Of a stretch of DNA of 64,000 nt, positions 1-11,790 are shown in pieces; position 1 is the first letter of the stretch, and each line of letters opens with the position of its first letter. Under the pieces are notes generated by a model. The model was not told the DNA's origin. It saw only the letters and a list, made by a program, of their open reading frames with translations, and did not search any database. The DNA lies in assembly GCF_006345805.1 (NCBI RefSeq), contig NC_043002.1:8804001-8868000 (forward strand), in the 5' to 3' direction. A program made the translations under genes and the position numbers. Origin of the DNA: Octopus sinensis (taxonomy: Eukaryota).

Positions 1-27
1 ATTTTATATAAGATTATATATATATTT

Positions 28-838
28 CATATGAAATGCAGTGTACACTTAAACATATTAAGAGGTTTCCATCATAGGAATCCTTTACGCTAGAAAGAAC
101 AGCTAAAGTCCAAACTACTAATTAGGGATAAATTCTCGAAGGGAATGAAAAATAAAAACATTCACCATCTCTTTCCTGGACCATGGTTTCTGACTTATTT
201 CAGTAAATAAAATAATTTACCAGGCGACGCCAAACACTAAATATATAAACAACGAGGCCAATCCAGCATGTGTCTCATTGCTTATACATTTTAATTTTTT
301 TCAAATCCACCACGTAAACGCAGTCTTTTTTTGTCGGCAGCAAAAAGATGCCGGCAAATTCTTTGAACGAATCTATCAGAAATCATTATACAGAAATCAT
401 AATATCAAGGTAATAAAGATTTTAGAAATTTTTACTACCAGTGGCCTAGCGTATAGAAAAATTAATCAATAGACTACATATTATTCATATAAAATACAGT
501 GTATATTTAAACACATTAAGAGGTTTCCATCATAGGAATCCTTTACGCTAGAAAGAACAGCTAAAGTCCAAACCACTAATTAGGTATAAATTCTCGAAGG
601 GAATGAAAAATAACATTCACCATCTCTTTCTTGGACCATGGTTTCTGACTTATTTTAGTAAATAAAATAATTTACCAGGCGAAGTCTTCATCAACAGGGA
701 CGCCAAACACTAAATATATAAACAACGAAGCCAATCCAGCATGTGTCTCATTGCTTATACATTTTAATTTTTTTCAAATCCACCACGCAGTCTTTTTTAT
801 CGGCAGCAAAAAGATACCGGCAAATTCTTCGAACGAAT
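28..838. repeat. Imperfect tandem duplication of a ~350-bp repeat segment (copies ~28-375 and ~487-838)
   Basis: AGAGGTTTCCATCATAGGAATCC... occurs at 61 and 519. Copy 2 has an extra 18 nt (AAGTCTTCATCAACAGGG). Related sequence lies at ~22110-22290. Confidence 0.9.
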
Positions 839-846
839 ATATATAT

Positions 847-899
<53 letters not shown>

Positions 900-1164
900 C
901 ACACATATATATATATACACACACACACACATGAGTTTTACGTTTTCGATTCTCGTTGAGTTCTACGTCTATTTGTGGTGTCCTGTACACACGTATATAT
1001 ATTTATATATGCATGTATATATACATGTAGATGTAGGTACGTACATATATATTTGTATGTATGCATATATTTTATTTATTACACTATTGTATGACTGAGC
1101 GCCTTCGCGTCGATTTGATTCGATTCGTCTGGTTTTGTTTCGTTTCTTCTTCTCTAAGCTGGTT

Positions 1165-1220
<56 letters not shown>
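836..1220. repeat. (TA)n/(CA)n microsatellite cluster
   Basis: Direct reading. Confidence 0.95.
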
Positions 1221-1226
<6 letters not shown>

Positions 1227-2139
1227 AATCTCTGAGTGAGGTATAAACAGTAGCTGCACGACATTATGAAGTATATTTGCCACCTAAATGTGGCTAATCC
1301 TTAAAGGTCGATGCTACTGTAGCTTGTAGCCCCAGGAAGACATCTCCTCCAGCTTGCGATATAAATTTCTACCTCCCGTATCCTTCAATAATATTATAAT
1401 ATTAAATTAAGACAATTAAATTGAGACAACAATAATATAATAATATTATATGATAATAAGGTGGCTAGCAAGTTTAGTTTGGTAGCCAAAAGATTACTGA
1501 ATCTTTTGATACCCCATATGTATTGCCCCAGCTTCAATAAGTGTTGAGAACAGAATCAGCTTCCTTGGAGTCTTCAGTTGAAGTAGCCCCTTTAAGATGT
1601 TACTATTGGTTGTCCATCTGACCTACTAACATCATAAGACTTTTTTCATGGCATTGTGCAGTTTGAAGTATGTTTAAGGAATTTGGAGTGAAAAGTGAAG
1701 TAAAGCAAGAATGTGTTTCCACTCGAAATCTTTTTGGTATCTCCTTTGTGCACTTCTTGAAACACCCCTTCCAGTCCTCAATGAAGGACTTATATGCATT
1801 AAAATAAAAATGCAAGAGACCGAAAGTAGTACATAAATTTGTATACTTGACCTTGTGGTATTTAAAGGGGGAAAAAGTCAGTCAGTCGCCGGCTGACACT
1901 CGCTGACGCTACATCGAAGAGGCCAGGGAACAGAAGAAAGAAGAAGAAACACCAGAACTGAAGACACCTCCGAAAGGGTGGGGCGCCACGTCAAAACGGT
2001 AAAGGAGTAGGAGCCGAAACCGGGCGTGGTTCCTCCTGATGATGTCTTGAGCTAACTGGATCCTATAAAGGAGATGTTGTAGTAGCAGACCACGAAACAC
2101 GGTTGTAATTCCCCTACAAAAAGTACCAACCTCATGTAT

Positions 2140-2460
2140 TCTAAACAAGGTGTCTATGCAGAATGCTTAAAATTAAAAGCAGAACAGGATCTGCAATGCT
2201 GATGTCCATACTATGAAAAACATCTCTCTTATGCTCCTCTTCTTGTGTTAATCACTATTTTGATGTCTTGAACATATCTGTCATATTATAGATGATGGTT
2301 GTATTCCAAGAGACCTATTCTATCATCATTTGGTATATGGGGAGAAAGGCAAAGCCTGGCTGTACCTAAAATACAAGGATCTGTGTAGGCCGTGACGTGA
2401 AAGTGACACATAGAAGCTGTTGCTGAGAATAGAACCATGAAAACAAGTATCAAAAGGATA
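2140..2460 (+). mobile_element. Degenerate RTE-clade LINE, ORF C-terminal fragment
   Basis: Translates IDDGCIPRDLFYHHLVYGEKGKAWLYLKYKDLC, resembling the RTE C-terminal MDDxRIPKxxLYGEL...RYKDxCK motif; stops present. Confidence 0.6.
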
Positions 2461-2554
2461 AAAAGCAAACAATGTTACTTTCATACACTAAAACTGGATA
2501 CATTCAGTATTATTTAAACAGTTTCCAATGAATACTTCTTTCAAACGATGTAGC

Positions 2555-2935
2555 CGGCCCATTTATGCATACCTTTCCTTCTTGGGACTCAAAAATCTGC
2601 TTGCAAAGACCTGTTGAGGCAAGTGAAATCGGAATCGAAATCGAAATCGCTCAAAAATCAATGGAAATTGTAGTTGTGATACCAGTGCCGGTGGCACGTA
2701 AAAGAACCAACCAATTGTGACTGTTGCTAGCCTCCCCTTGCACATAAAAATCACCCACTACACTCACGGAGTGGTTGGCGTTAGGAAGGGCATCCAGTTG
2801 TAGAAACACTGCCAGATCAGATTGGAGCCTGGTGCAGCCTCCTGGCTTCTCAGACCCCGGTCGAACCGTCCAACCCATGCTAGCATGGAAAACGGACGTT
2901 AAACGATGATGGTGATGATGATGATGATGATGATT
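2555..2935 (+). mobile_element. RTE LINE 3' UTR fragment ending in (GAT)n tail
   Basis: Same sequence as the 3' UTR attached to the RTE ORF at 6637-8035 (GGCGTTAGGAAGGGCATCC...CCCATGCTAGCATGG...GATGATGAT). Confidence 0.85.
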
Positions 2936-3119
2936 CACAAGGGAAGTTTATTCATGTTTTACAAAGAATGCAATGAAACATAACCAAATACCATAAACTG
3001 ATTAAAGTAATTGACACCTATTTTATCGACTCCAGGAGTATGAAAGACAAAATTTATTCTAACAGGAATCGAACTTAAAACTTAAAGAAATGTAGTAGTG
3101 TTTTGTCATGCACTGTACC

Positions 3120-3319
3120 TATTTCTTTATTACCCACGAGGGACTAAACATAGAAGGGACAAACAAGGACAGACATAGGTATTAAGTCGATTACATTGAC
3201 CCCAGTGCGTAACTGGTACTTAATTTATCGACCTCGGCGGAATTTGAACTCCCAACGTAACGGCAGACGAAATACCGCTAAGCATTTCGCCGAGCGTGCT
3301 AACGTTTCTGCCAGCACGC
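3120..3319 (-). mobile_element. tRNA-derived SINE family A with a ~30-bp internal deletion; 9-bp TSD CACTGTACC
   Basis: Matches family consensus with A/B-box-like head; TSD at 3111-3119 and 3320-3328; deletion falls between direct TCGACC repeats. Confidence 0.9.
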
Positions 3320-3364
3320 CACTGTACCAATCAGTCATCATTTGTTAGATGAAATATTAACATC

Positions 3365-3749
3365 TATGGAAGCACTCCGTCGGTTACGACGACGAGGGTT
3401 CCGGTTGATCCGAATCAACGGAACAGCCTGCTCGTGAAATTAACGTGTAAGTGCCTGAGCACTCCACAGACACGTGTACCCTTAACGTAGTTCTCGGGGA
3501 TATTCAGCGTGACACAGAGAGTGACAAGGCCAGCCCTTTGAAATACAAGTACAACAGAAACAGGAAGTAAGAGTGAGAGAAAGTTGTGGTGAAAGAGTAC
3601 AGCAGGGATCACCACCATCCCTGCCGGAGCCTCGTGGAGCTTTTAGGTGTTTTCGCTCAATAAACACTCACAACGCCCGGTCTGGGAATCGAAACCGCGA
3701 TCCTACGACCGCGAGTCCGCTGCCCTAACCACTGGGCCATTGCGCCTCC
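3365..3749 (-). mobile_element. tRNA-derived SINE family C, tail type 1; 12-bp TSD AATATTAACATC
   Basis: tRNA-like head GGCGCAATGGCCCAGTGGTTAGGGCAGCGG...GGTTTCGATTCCC; TSD at 3353-3364 and 3750-3761. Confidence 0.9.
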
Positions 3750-4139
3750 AATATTAACATCACAGTAATAGACAAACAAATCCTGTCATCATTGCTGATA
3801 AATACCATCAAGATTATGTTAAAAGGCAAGTGATGAACACGTTGTGTGGATTGTCGACTGTGACTAAGAGTTGGCAACAACATCAAAATGGGATGGAGGA
3901 GGACTAAATGCTGAGGATATGAAATATTTAGAACATTGAAATATTCACAAGATTGAATATTCAAACGCAAAGTTGAAGGAAAAAACGGAAGTCTGAAAGC
4001 AGAGGAAACAATCAACACCCGCAGACGGAATATTACTATGGTATGTCAAAGGCATTATTTCAGGCAGAGTAAATGGGACATTAATAACTTGTAAGGTCAA
4101 ACAATAGCAAGTGGCTTATTAAGAGAGACGTGAAGGGAT

Positions 4140-4272
4140 AGAGAGGTGGAGAGAAAGAGAGGTGGAGAGAGAGAGAGAGAGAGAGGTGGAGAAAGAGAGG
4201 TGGAGAGAGAGAGAGAGAGGTGGAGAGAGAGAGAGAGAGGTGGAGAGAGAGAGGTGGAGAGAGAGAGAGAAA
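4140..4272. repeat. Compound (GA)n/GAGAGGTG microsatellite
   Basis: Direct reading. Confidence 0.9.
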
Positions 4273-4557
4273 ACTGAATAGAAGAAAGAAAGGAAATGTA
4301 AAAACTAAAAGCAGACGTACAAACAAGCTAAAAGGGCCAATTTATACTTCAATGACATATGTGCTCATGCACACATGCACACATACAAATACAAGTACAT
4401 ATATACATGCTTATATGCACTTCCAAGTGCAGGGTTTGAGAGTATATGTGTATATGTATATATGTGTGCGTGCATGAGAGCTACATGCATTGATAAAAAT
4501 GTGTATGCAAATGTTTCTCTTTCTATCATTCCTCTCATTCACTCTCTCTCTCTCCCT

Positions 4558-4595
<38 letters not shown>

Positions 4596-4598
4596 GTT

Positions 4599-4645
<47 letters not shown>

Positions 4646-4707
4646 GTTCTAAAATCTACTCAGCCTTGGTTTTTTATCTCATTAGGAAAAAAAGTTATAT
4701 ATATATA

Positions 4708-5106
4708 TCTTTATATATAAAACTGAAGTTGTGTGAGAGTCTGTCTCCTACGATTTAGATTCCTAACTACTCCCACATTTTGCGGTGCAGTTTAACCAAA
4801 ACCAGGTATCTTATAGTCATGATTCATATCGAGCCCTTCTGGGTATTAGCGCGCGTCTACGATGAGTCTACGATTTAAAAAAAAATTTACCATCAATTTT
4901 TCCCATTTTTAATGCATTTTTGGCATATATAAGGGAAGTAACTCTCTAAAAATTTATTATTAAATCTCAGAACGTAAAAAGCTACAGTAACACCCCCCCC
5001 CTTTGTGGTTAGCCATATTGAGATGGCTATTATACTTTACATCTCTAAAAATGCTTATATAGTTATTTCCCTTACAAACCCGAGCAACGCCGGGCGATAC
5101 TGCTAG
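4708..5106 (+). mobile_element. Non-autonomous Helitron (Lep1-like ends), subtype 1
   Basis: 5' TC, 3' CTAG, subterminal hairpin CCCGAGCAACGCCGGG, A|T insertion site, no TSD. Confidence 0.85.
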
Positions 5107-5289
5107 TATATATATATATATATATATGTACTGATGTGTCTGCGGAGAGTCATTTTCTTTTTGTGCTTTATAATATAACACACTCACCGGTAAAATTTCC
5201 ACTTTTTTCTTATTTTTATTTCCCTAAAATTTTCGTTGCGTCTTGCAAACCTTTTCAATAGTTTTGACTCTGTCCGTTATTTACACTGC

Positions 5290-5585
5290 GTTCTTTTTGT
5301 TTGTTTGTGCGCATGTGTGTGGGTCAGTGTGTGTGTGTGTGTGCCTATACATGCATGCATGTACGTATGTGTTTGTTTGCATGTGTATGTATGTATACAT
5401 GTGTGTGTATGCATATGTGTATGTATGTATACATGTGTGTGTATGCATATGTATATATGTATGTATGTGTGTGCATCTGTATGTACGTATCCTGCATATT
5501 TTTGTGCTTGCATGTCCGTATTTGTGTATTTTCTATGTATACACACACACCCGCACACACGCACACATCCACACGCGCGCACAAA
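5290..5585. repeat. Degenerate (GT)/(GTAT)/(CA) microsatellite tract
   Basis: Direct reading. Confidence 0.9.
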
Positions 5586-5829
5586 AGATTCCATATACAC
5601 GTCTATATCCGCACAGGGAAAATGCAGGGTGGAAGGTAGAATACAGAAAAATATGTGTAAAAAATATATGATCAATAAACCTATAAAACAATATTTCTAT
5701 AAATATGTAATAAAAAAATATATGTATAAAAAATATATAAATATATATAAAAATATATAGGAAATATAAGTAAAAAGTATAAAGAGATAAAAAGCTTGTA
5801 CGTGGACACAATATAGAAAGCAAGTCCTA

Positions 5830-6180
5830 TCTGCAATCTCGGGAGGACCAAAAACGTAACAAATATTTAGCCACATATGGGAATGATCCGAAAAGTTCAG
5901 TTCTTGAATTCAGACATGTAGCGGGGTCTAAGCTGCTTTTCCAGATGAGCCATCTTTCCCTATCACAAAGACCGCACTTTCCACTGCCATTGGTGTAGGG
6001 CTTACACTTGGCTAAGATCTTCCAATGGATGTTGTAACTGACACCTTTATCTTTTAAGGACCATATATAACTGGATAATTTTTCGTTTTCCTTTTATCCC
6101 AGTGCCTGAAGCTCAAGGTGTGATTATTGAACCTGGCCTTGAAATTACCCTCTGTAAGGCCCACATATTTCTTCACTTTT
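5830..6180 (-). mobile_element. Penelope-like element, degenerate GIY-YIG endonuclease fragment
   Basis: KKYVGLTEGNFKARFNNHTLSFRH followed by frameshifted IWSLKDKGVSYNIHWKILAKCKPY...KCGLC. Confidence 0.75.
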
Positions 6181-6204
6181 TACATGTCAGTTACGTGTCA
6201 CCGG

Positions 6205-6325
6205 GTTGGTATGATGTAGAAACATGTTGGTTGGACAGTATCTAGTTTTGAGTGGTACTTTTAAATTGTCATTTAAATGTAGCACTCAATACTGTCCAAC
6301 CAACAGGCTTCTACATCCTACCAAC
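6205..6325. repeat. ~120-bp imperfect inverted repeat (37-bp arms)
   Basis: 6205-6241 is the reverse complement of 6289-6325 with 3 mismatches; the interior also partly pairs. Confidence 0.85.
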
Positions 6326-6346
6326 TTCACTGAGTAAAATCGATAG

Positions 6347-6482
6347 TATGAGGCAACATCAAAAAGTTCCTGGACTAGTTATGTTTAATAAAAAATAAAT
6401 TATTTACCTCGGTTTTAACATCATCTTCAAAATAGTTACCTTGTGCAGCAATACACTGATCCCATCATTCCTGCCACTTTTG
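6347..6482 (-). mobile_element. mariner transposon 3' end remnant (transposase C-terminus plus TIR)
   Basis: Minus strand encodes QKWQE*WDQCIAAQGNYFEDD; TIR-like TATGAGGCAACATCAAAAAGTTCC begins at a TA. Confidence 0.7.
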
Positions 6483-6636
6483 CTATCTGGGTAATATGCA
6501 AATGGAATGTTACATTACTACACGTCGATTCCAACAGCATGCAATGACCCTGAGTCTGCACTACCTCATGGTCCTGTGTATTCAGAGTGTAGTCTGTTTG
6601 TGGACTGATAATAGAGTGCTTGAACCTTCACATCCT

Positions 6637-8035
6637 CATCATCATTATCATCATCGTTTAACGTCAGCTTCCCATGCTAGCATGGGTTGGACGAATGACT
6701 GAGGGCTGGCCAACCAGACGGCTGCACCAGGCTTCAATGTTGATCTGGCAGAGTTTCTACAGCTTGATGCCCTTCCTAACACCAACCACTCCGAGAGTGT
6801 AGTGGGTGCTTTTACGTGCCAGTGGCATGAAGGCCAGTCAGGCAGAACTGGCAACGGCCACTCTCAAATGGTGTTTTTTTATGCACCACCTGCACAGGAG
6901 CCAGTCCAACGGCACTGACAACGACCTCACTCGAATGTTTTTTCACAGGCCACCGGCACATGTGCCAGTAAGGCGACGCTGGTAATGATCACGCTCGAAT
7001 GGTGCTTTTTACGTGCCACCGACACGGAAGCCAGTCAGCTGCTCTGGCAATGATTACGCTCGGATGGTGCTCTTAGCGCTCCACTAGCACGGATGCCAGT
7101 CATCGAATTTGATTTTGATTTTGACTTCACTGCCTCAACAGGTCTTCGCAAGCAGAGTTTAGTGTCCAAAGAAGGAAAAGGTACGCATAAGTGGGCTGGT
7201 TACACCCCTGGCATAGGCCACAAGGTTATGGTCTCATTTGAGCTTGCCGAGTCTTCTCAAGCACAGCATATTTCCAAAAGTTTCGGTCGCTAGTCATTTC
7301 CTTGGTGAGGCCTAATGTTCGAAGGTTGTGCTTCACCACTTCATCCCAGGTCTTCCTGGGTCTGCCTCTTCCACAGGTTCCCTCAACCGCTAGGGTGTGG
7401 CACTTTTTCACACAACTATCCACATCCATTCTCGCTACATGACCATACCAGCGCAGTCGTCTCTCTTGCATACCACATCTGATGCTTCTTAGGTCCAACC
7501 TTTCTCTTAAGGCACTAACACTCTGTTGAGTATGCACACTGACATTACACATCCATCGGAGCATGCTGGCTTCATTCCTTGCGAGCTTACGCATGTCCTC
7601 AGCAGTCACGGCCCATGTTTCACTGCCATGTAGCATGTGCAGTCTACCTTTTACTTTGAGCGAGAGGCCCTTTGTCACCAGCAGAGGTAAGAGCTCTCCG
7701 AACTTTGCCCAGGCTATTCTTATTCTAGCAGCTACACTTTCAGTGCACCATCCCCCGCTACTGACTTGGTCACCTAAGTAACGGAAGCTATCAACTACTT
7801 CTAGTTTTTCTCCCTGGAATGTGGCGGAAGTTGTTCTCTGCGCTTTTTCAGTGTTTATTGCTCCTGAGCATCTGCCACATACAAAAACTATTTTCCCAGT
7901 TAGCCTTCCTTTGATATTATTGCAGCTCTTATGTGTCCATAGCTTACACTGGGTACATCTTATAGAGTTTCTACCTACGCCTTTTCTACAGATCGAGCTA
8001 GCGAAATGGTATATGTCGGTTGTATGAGCAACTGG
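6637..8035 (-). mobile_element. 5'-truncated RTE LINE: ORF C-terminus, 3' UTR with ~55-bp internal tandem repeats, (GAT)n tail
   Basis: ORF 7226-7678 contains LHGSETWAVT...MLRWMCNV...RRLRWYGHVARM...GRGRPRKTW, typical of the RTE C-terminus; contiguous UTR shared with 2555, 54860 and 61520. Confidence 0.9.
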
Positions 8036-8321
8036 TTGTTTTAATGGAGGAACAAATGGAGGAATTCCATTAGAAAAGTTTTAATCGATTTTCTCGGTAA
8101 CTATTGGAGCAAGAAAAAAATGCAAACCACATTCCAATCTATGCACCCGTCTCCACATGTGTGCCATTTTTCACAAGAATAGAATCCACCCAGCCGTTTG
8201 TTGTGAACCTCAAGACAAGAAAGAATACAACGATCGTCCATGTCCAATTTATATTATAGATATATATGTACATGCATACACACACATACATATAAAATAT
8301 ATAGAGATATATGTATATATA

Positions 8322-8590
8322 GGTGCAGGTATGGCTGTATAATAAGCTTGCTTCCCAATAACATGGTTCCAGGTTCAATTCCACTACATGGCACCTTGGG
8401 CAAGTGTCTTTTACTTTTATAGTCTTTTATAGTCTCGGGCCAGCCAAAGCCCTGTACACGGATTTAGTAGAAAGCTTGTTGTGCGTGTGTTTTTGTCCCC
8501 CACCACTGCTTGACAACCAGTGTTGGTATGTTTACATCCCCATAACTTAGCATTTCAACAAAAGAGACCTATAGAATAAGTACCAGGCTT
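8322..8590 (+). mobile_element. tRNA-derived SINE family B, diverged and 3'-truncated
   Basis: GGTTCAATTCCACTACATGGCACCTTGGGCAAGTGTC head; similar to the 19451 copy. Confidence 0.8.
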
Positions 8591-8634
8591 ATAATTGAAA
8601 CAAGTAAAAGATAGGATATATAAAAAAGGGATCA

Positions 8635-8870
8635 ATGGTCTTCCCCACGCCATCAGCTCATAAGGCCAGTCTCCTGGATTCTGTGGCGTATATGTTTCCC
8701 CACTGGACGAGACACCAGGACGTTGGAGGATTATTCATTTTTTGCCAGCTGAGTGGACAAGAGCAAAGTTAAATGAAGTGTTTTGGTTAAGAATACAATG
8801 CATCGCCCGGTCCAGGAATCAAAATGATCATGAGCGTAACACCATAATCACTAAGCCACACGCTTTCACA
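8635..8870 (-). mobile_element. Old tRNA-derived SINE remnant (separate family)
   Basis: Degenerate B-box (GATTCCTGGACCGGGCGATG) and body; family not assigned. Confidence 0.5.
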
Positions 8871-8890
8871 CACACACCACACACACACAC

Positions 8891-8935
8891 ATTATTTCCC
8901 TTACAAACCCGAGCAACGCCGGGCGATGCTGCTAG
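8891..8935 (+). mobile_element. Isolated Helitron 3' terminus (hairpin plus CTAG)
   Basis: Matches the last 45 bp of 4708-5106. Confidence 0.8.
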
Positions 8936-9114
8936 TTTGTAATATTTCTATTCTTTCAACAGTTTAACTGACAATAATATTCCTAATTAGGATAGTTAAC
9001 AACATCTCAATATCATATTATTGAAACCAATTTTACGATGCAATCGAAATGTTATATTAGTATAAAGCAAAAAGCTATATAATTCTACATGATAAAAATA
9101 ACCCTTTCTGCAAA

Positions 9115-9215
9115 ACCTGAACTTTTCATCGACTCCAGTGCGTAACTGGTACTTATTTCATCCACCCTGAAAGGATGAAAAGCAAAAGTCGACCTCAACA
9201 GAATTTGAACTGTTG
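9115..9215 (-). mobile_element. SINE family A fragment
   Basis: CAGTGCGTAACTGGTACTT...GGATGAAAAGCAAAAGTCGACCTC. Confidence 0.75.
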
Positions 9216-10334
9216 TAAGGCATATTCTGTTGTGACATTTTATGTACAACTAACCTTAAAAGTTCGTTTCTTGTATTATTTCTACAGGTTAACACACCGT
9301 ACATGTTATTTAATGGTATGCAATATACTTTATAACCAACCACAGCTAAAACTGGTGACCCCAACGTGATACTTTCGTCATCACACTCCACATGATTACC
9401 TTTTCGGCTCACCACTAAAACTGGTAAGTTCGCACGAACAAATGAACGACCATTGAATCAGCAGCCATCTTACATAAGGTTACGGTCCTGTATAAACCAG
9501 TGAAGTTCAAGTACATCTTTCAGCAGCGAGAATCCTGAATGATTATCGCACTCAGTCGGCTCAATTATGGTTACACATCATGCACAAAAAATTTTTCCAT
9601 TGACAAAGTCAAATGCAGAACTTTTATAGCAGATTTTTCACTTTCAGTTATGTGGAGCACGAAAATCTCTAGCATTCAAATATTACCTCCTCCCACCACT
9701 CTTGTAGGCTTCAGGGCATCTATCCTTTCGTTTGACATGAAATAGTAGATGAATCTGCCAGCAAGACATTTCAAGTTGAGCACATTGAAATTTATTTTTT
9801 GTATTCAGATGCGGTATAGCATCTTCTCCGGTTCCTTCCATTTCTTCCGACATGTCTGATGCCATCTCAATGCAGACAGCTGTGTTCTTTGTTTCCCCAC
9901 CATTCACAGGAGACCCAGCCATTTGTTTTCCTCAACTAGAAGCTAGCCTTAAGCAGTGGGGTTAAAGATCTCATCACAACTCATTCGGATCAACTATGAC
10001 AGAAATTCTGAGGCGCACCTCAACATCAAAACGATATCGTTTCATAAAGAAATTTTAGGAGATAAAAGCCTTTCCGCTTAAGACTTCTTTCCTCGTCTGC
10101 TGGAGCCTGGAACAACACAAAGAGCAATTTTAATGGAAGAAGGCGATATCGTGAACCTTGCTTCCCATTATACTCAGTACTATCTGAGGAAAGTTTACTA
10201 TCAAAAGGAAACGGATGCACATTTTTATATTCAAGGGTAGAATGCCACTGGTTATCCACATAGTTTGTTTTTACCTGATTTTTGTTTAGAATTTACATTT
10301 GCTGATAAGATACAGAAAAAAGGATAGGATAGGA

Positions 10335-10376
<42 letters not shown>

Positions 10377-10467
10377 TGGAATACTCATATTTTTTGCTTG
10401 ATCAAATCCATATAGACACAAACATGACCTTTTAGCTATTTTGCTCACACGCACATATAGACACATG

Positions 10468-10468
10468 C

Positions 10469-10537
<69 letters not shown>

Positions 10538-10662
10538 CCTACCTATCTATCTATCTATTTATCGATCTGTCTGCCTACCTACCTACCTACCTATCTATCT
10601 ATTTATCTATCTGTCTATCTATCTATCGATCTGTCTGTCTATCTACCTACCTATCTACCTAC

Positions 10663-10726
<64 letters not shown>

Positions 10727-10754
10727 TTATCGATCTGTCTGCCTATCTACCTAC

Positions 10755-10840
<86 letters not shown>
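10468..10840. repeat. (ATCT)n tetranucleotide array with variant blocks
   Basis: Direct reading. Confidence 0.95.
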
Positions 10841-10841
<1 letters not shown>

Positions 10842-11639
10842 CTAGTAGTACAAAAGAGAAGGACAGGTAGAGAGATTATAATGCAGATATTAACTGAACG
10901 TGAAATGGATTATCCGACAAAGGTGTATATTGAAAACACGCACACATACACAATAGCATGAACACAAGAATTGATACTTATCCAAACAAACATACATGGA
11001 AACAAACACCACATGAAGAAGAATTCAGAAAATAAATGTAATTTTTATTTTTATATTCACATTTAGTCAGCATCTCATTCTAGCCTACAAACTTAACGAG
11101 AATTCCTTTCTTGAATTCTATTTTATTTTTATAGATAGAGTTTCGATATCAACTATGATTGGAAATCAGTAAACATTTTATGTTTTTTCTCTTTATTATA
11201 TACTTTAATATTTTACTCTACGTTTCCATTTTTGATTTTGCCTTCACCTCCCAATCAACATTTTTCTCGTCTTCATTAAATTTTCTGTATTTTATCTTCT
11301 TTACGTTTGGTTCTTCTTTTTTTCCCTACTGTTCTCTTTATTCTACTCCATTCTTTCATCTCAGGCCTAAATATTGATTTCTTACATACGCACAAGGCCA
11401 ACAATTTGGTAGGTGAGAATGGCCAATTATATCGATTCTTGTACATAACTGGTGTTTTAATATCTTCGAGGTTAGAAGGATGAGAGCGAAGCTGATTTCG
11501 AACTTTGGCTTAAAACTGAAACAGCTGCAACGAACCATGAGAAATTTTTTTTGGTTTAACGTTAAAACAAAATGTGTGTACACACATATTCACACACATA
11601 CATACAAACACTAATGCTCACACACACACACACACAGAT

Positions 11640-11790
11640 ATTTTTCTCTCCTTGTTTTTTTCTGTGTCCCTTTCTGTAGAAGAGCGTAGGCTCGAAAAGT
11701 AAAAGACTTTTTCTATTCCTGAGCATTATACTAATACATCTATTTGTTTTGTACACCACCTGTCTTCTTCCTTTGTTTTTTTTTCTTAAA
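11640..11790 (+). mobile_element. Penelope-type terminal repeat remnant with degenerate hammerhead-like motif
   Basis: CTTT-CTGTAGA-A-GAGC GTAG GCTC-GAAA-A-GTA-AAAG at 11670-11705. Confidence 0.5.

Noticed and set aside
2651-2938. ORF starting MNHHHHHHHHH (His-tag or vector-like)
   Set aside because: Antisense reading of the (GAT)n RTE tail
3680-3749. tRNA genes at SINE heads (also 43050-43120, 50365-50430)
   Set aside because: No closed acceptor stem; they continue into SINE bodies, two of them with clear TSDs
5236-5823. Overlapping Cys/Val/Thr/His-rich ORFs (likewise 10441-10845, 38071-38607)
   Set aside because: Microsatellite translation artefacts
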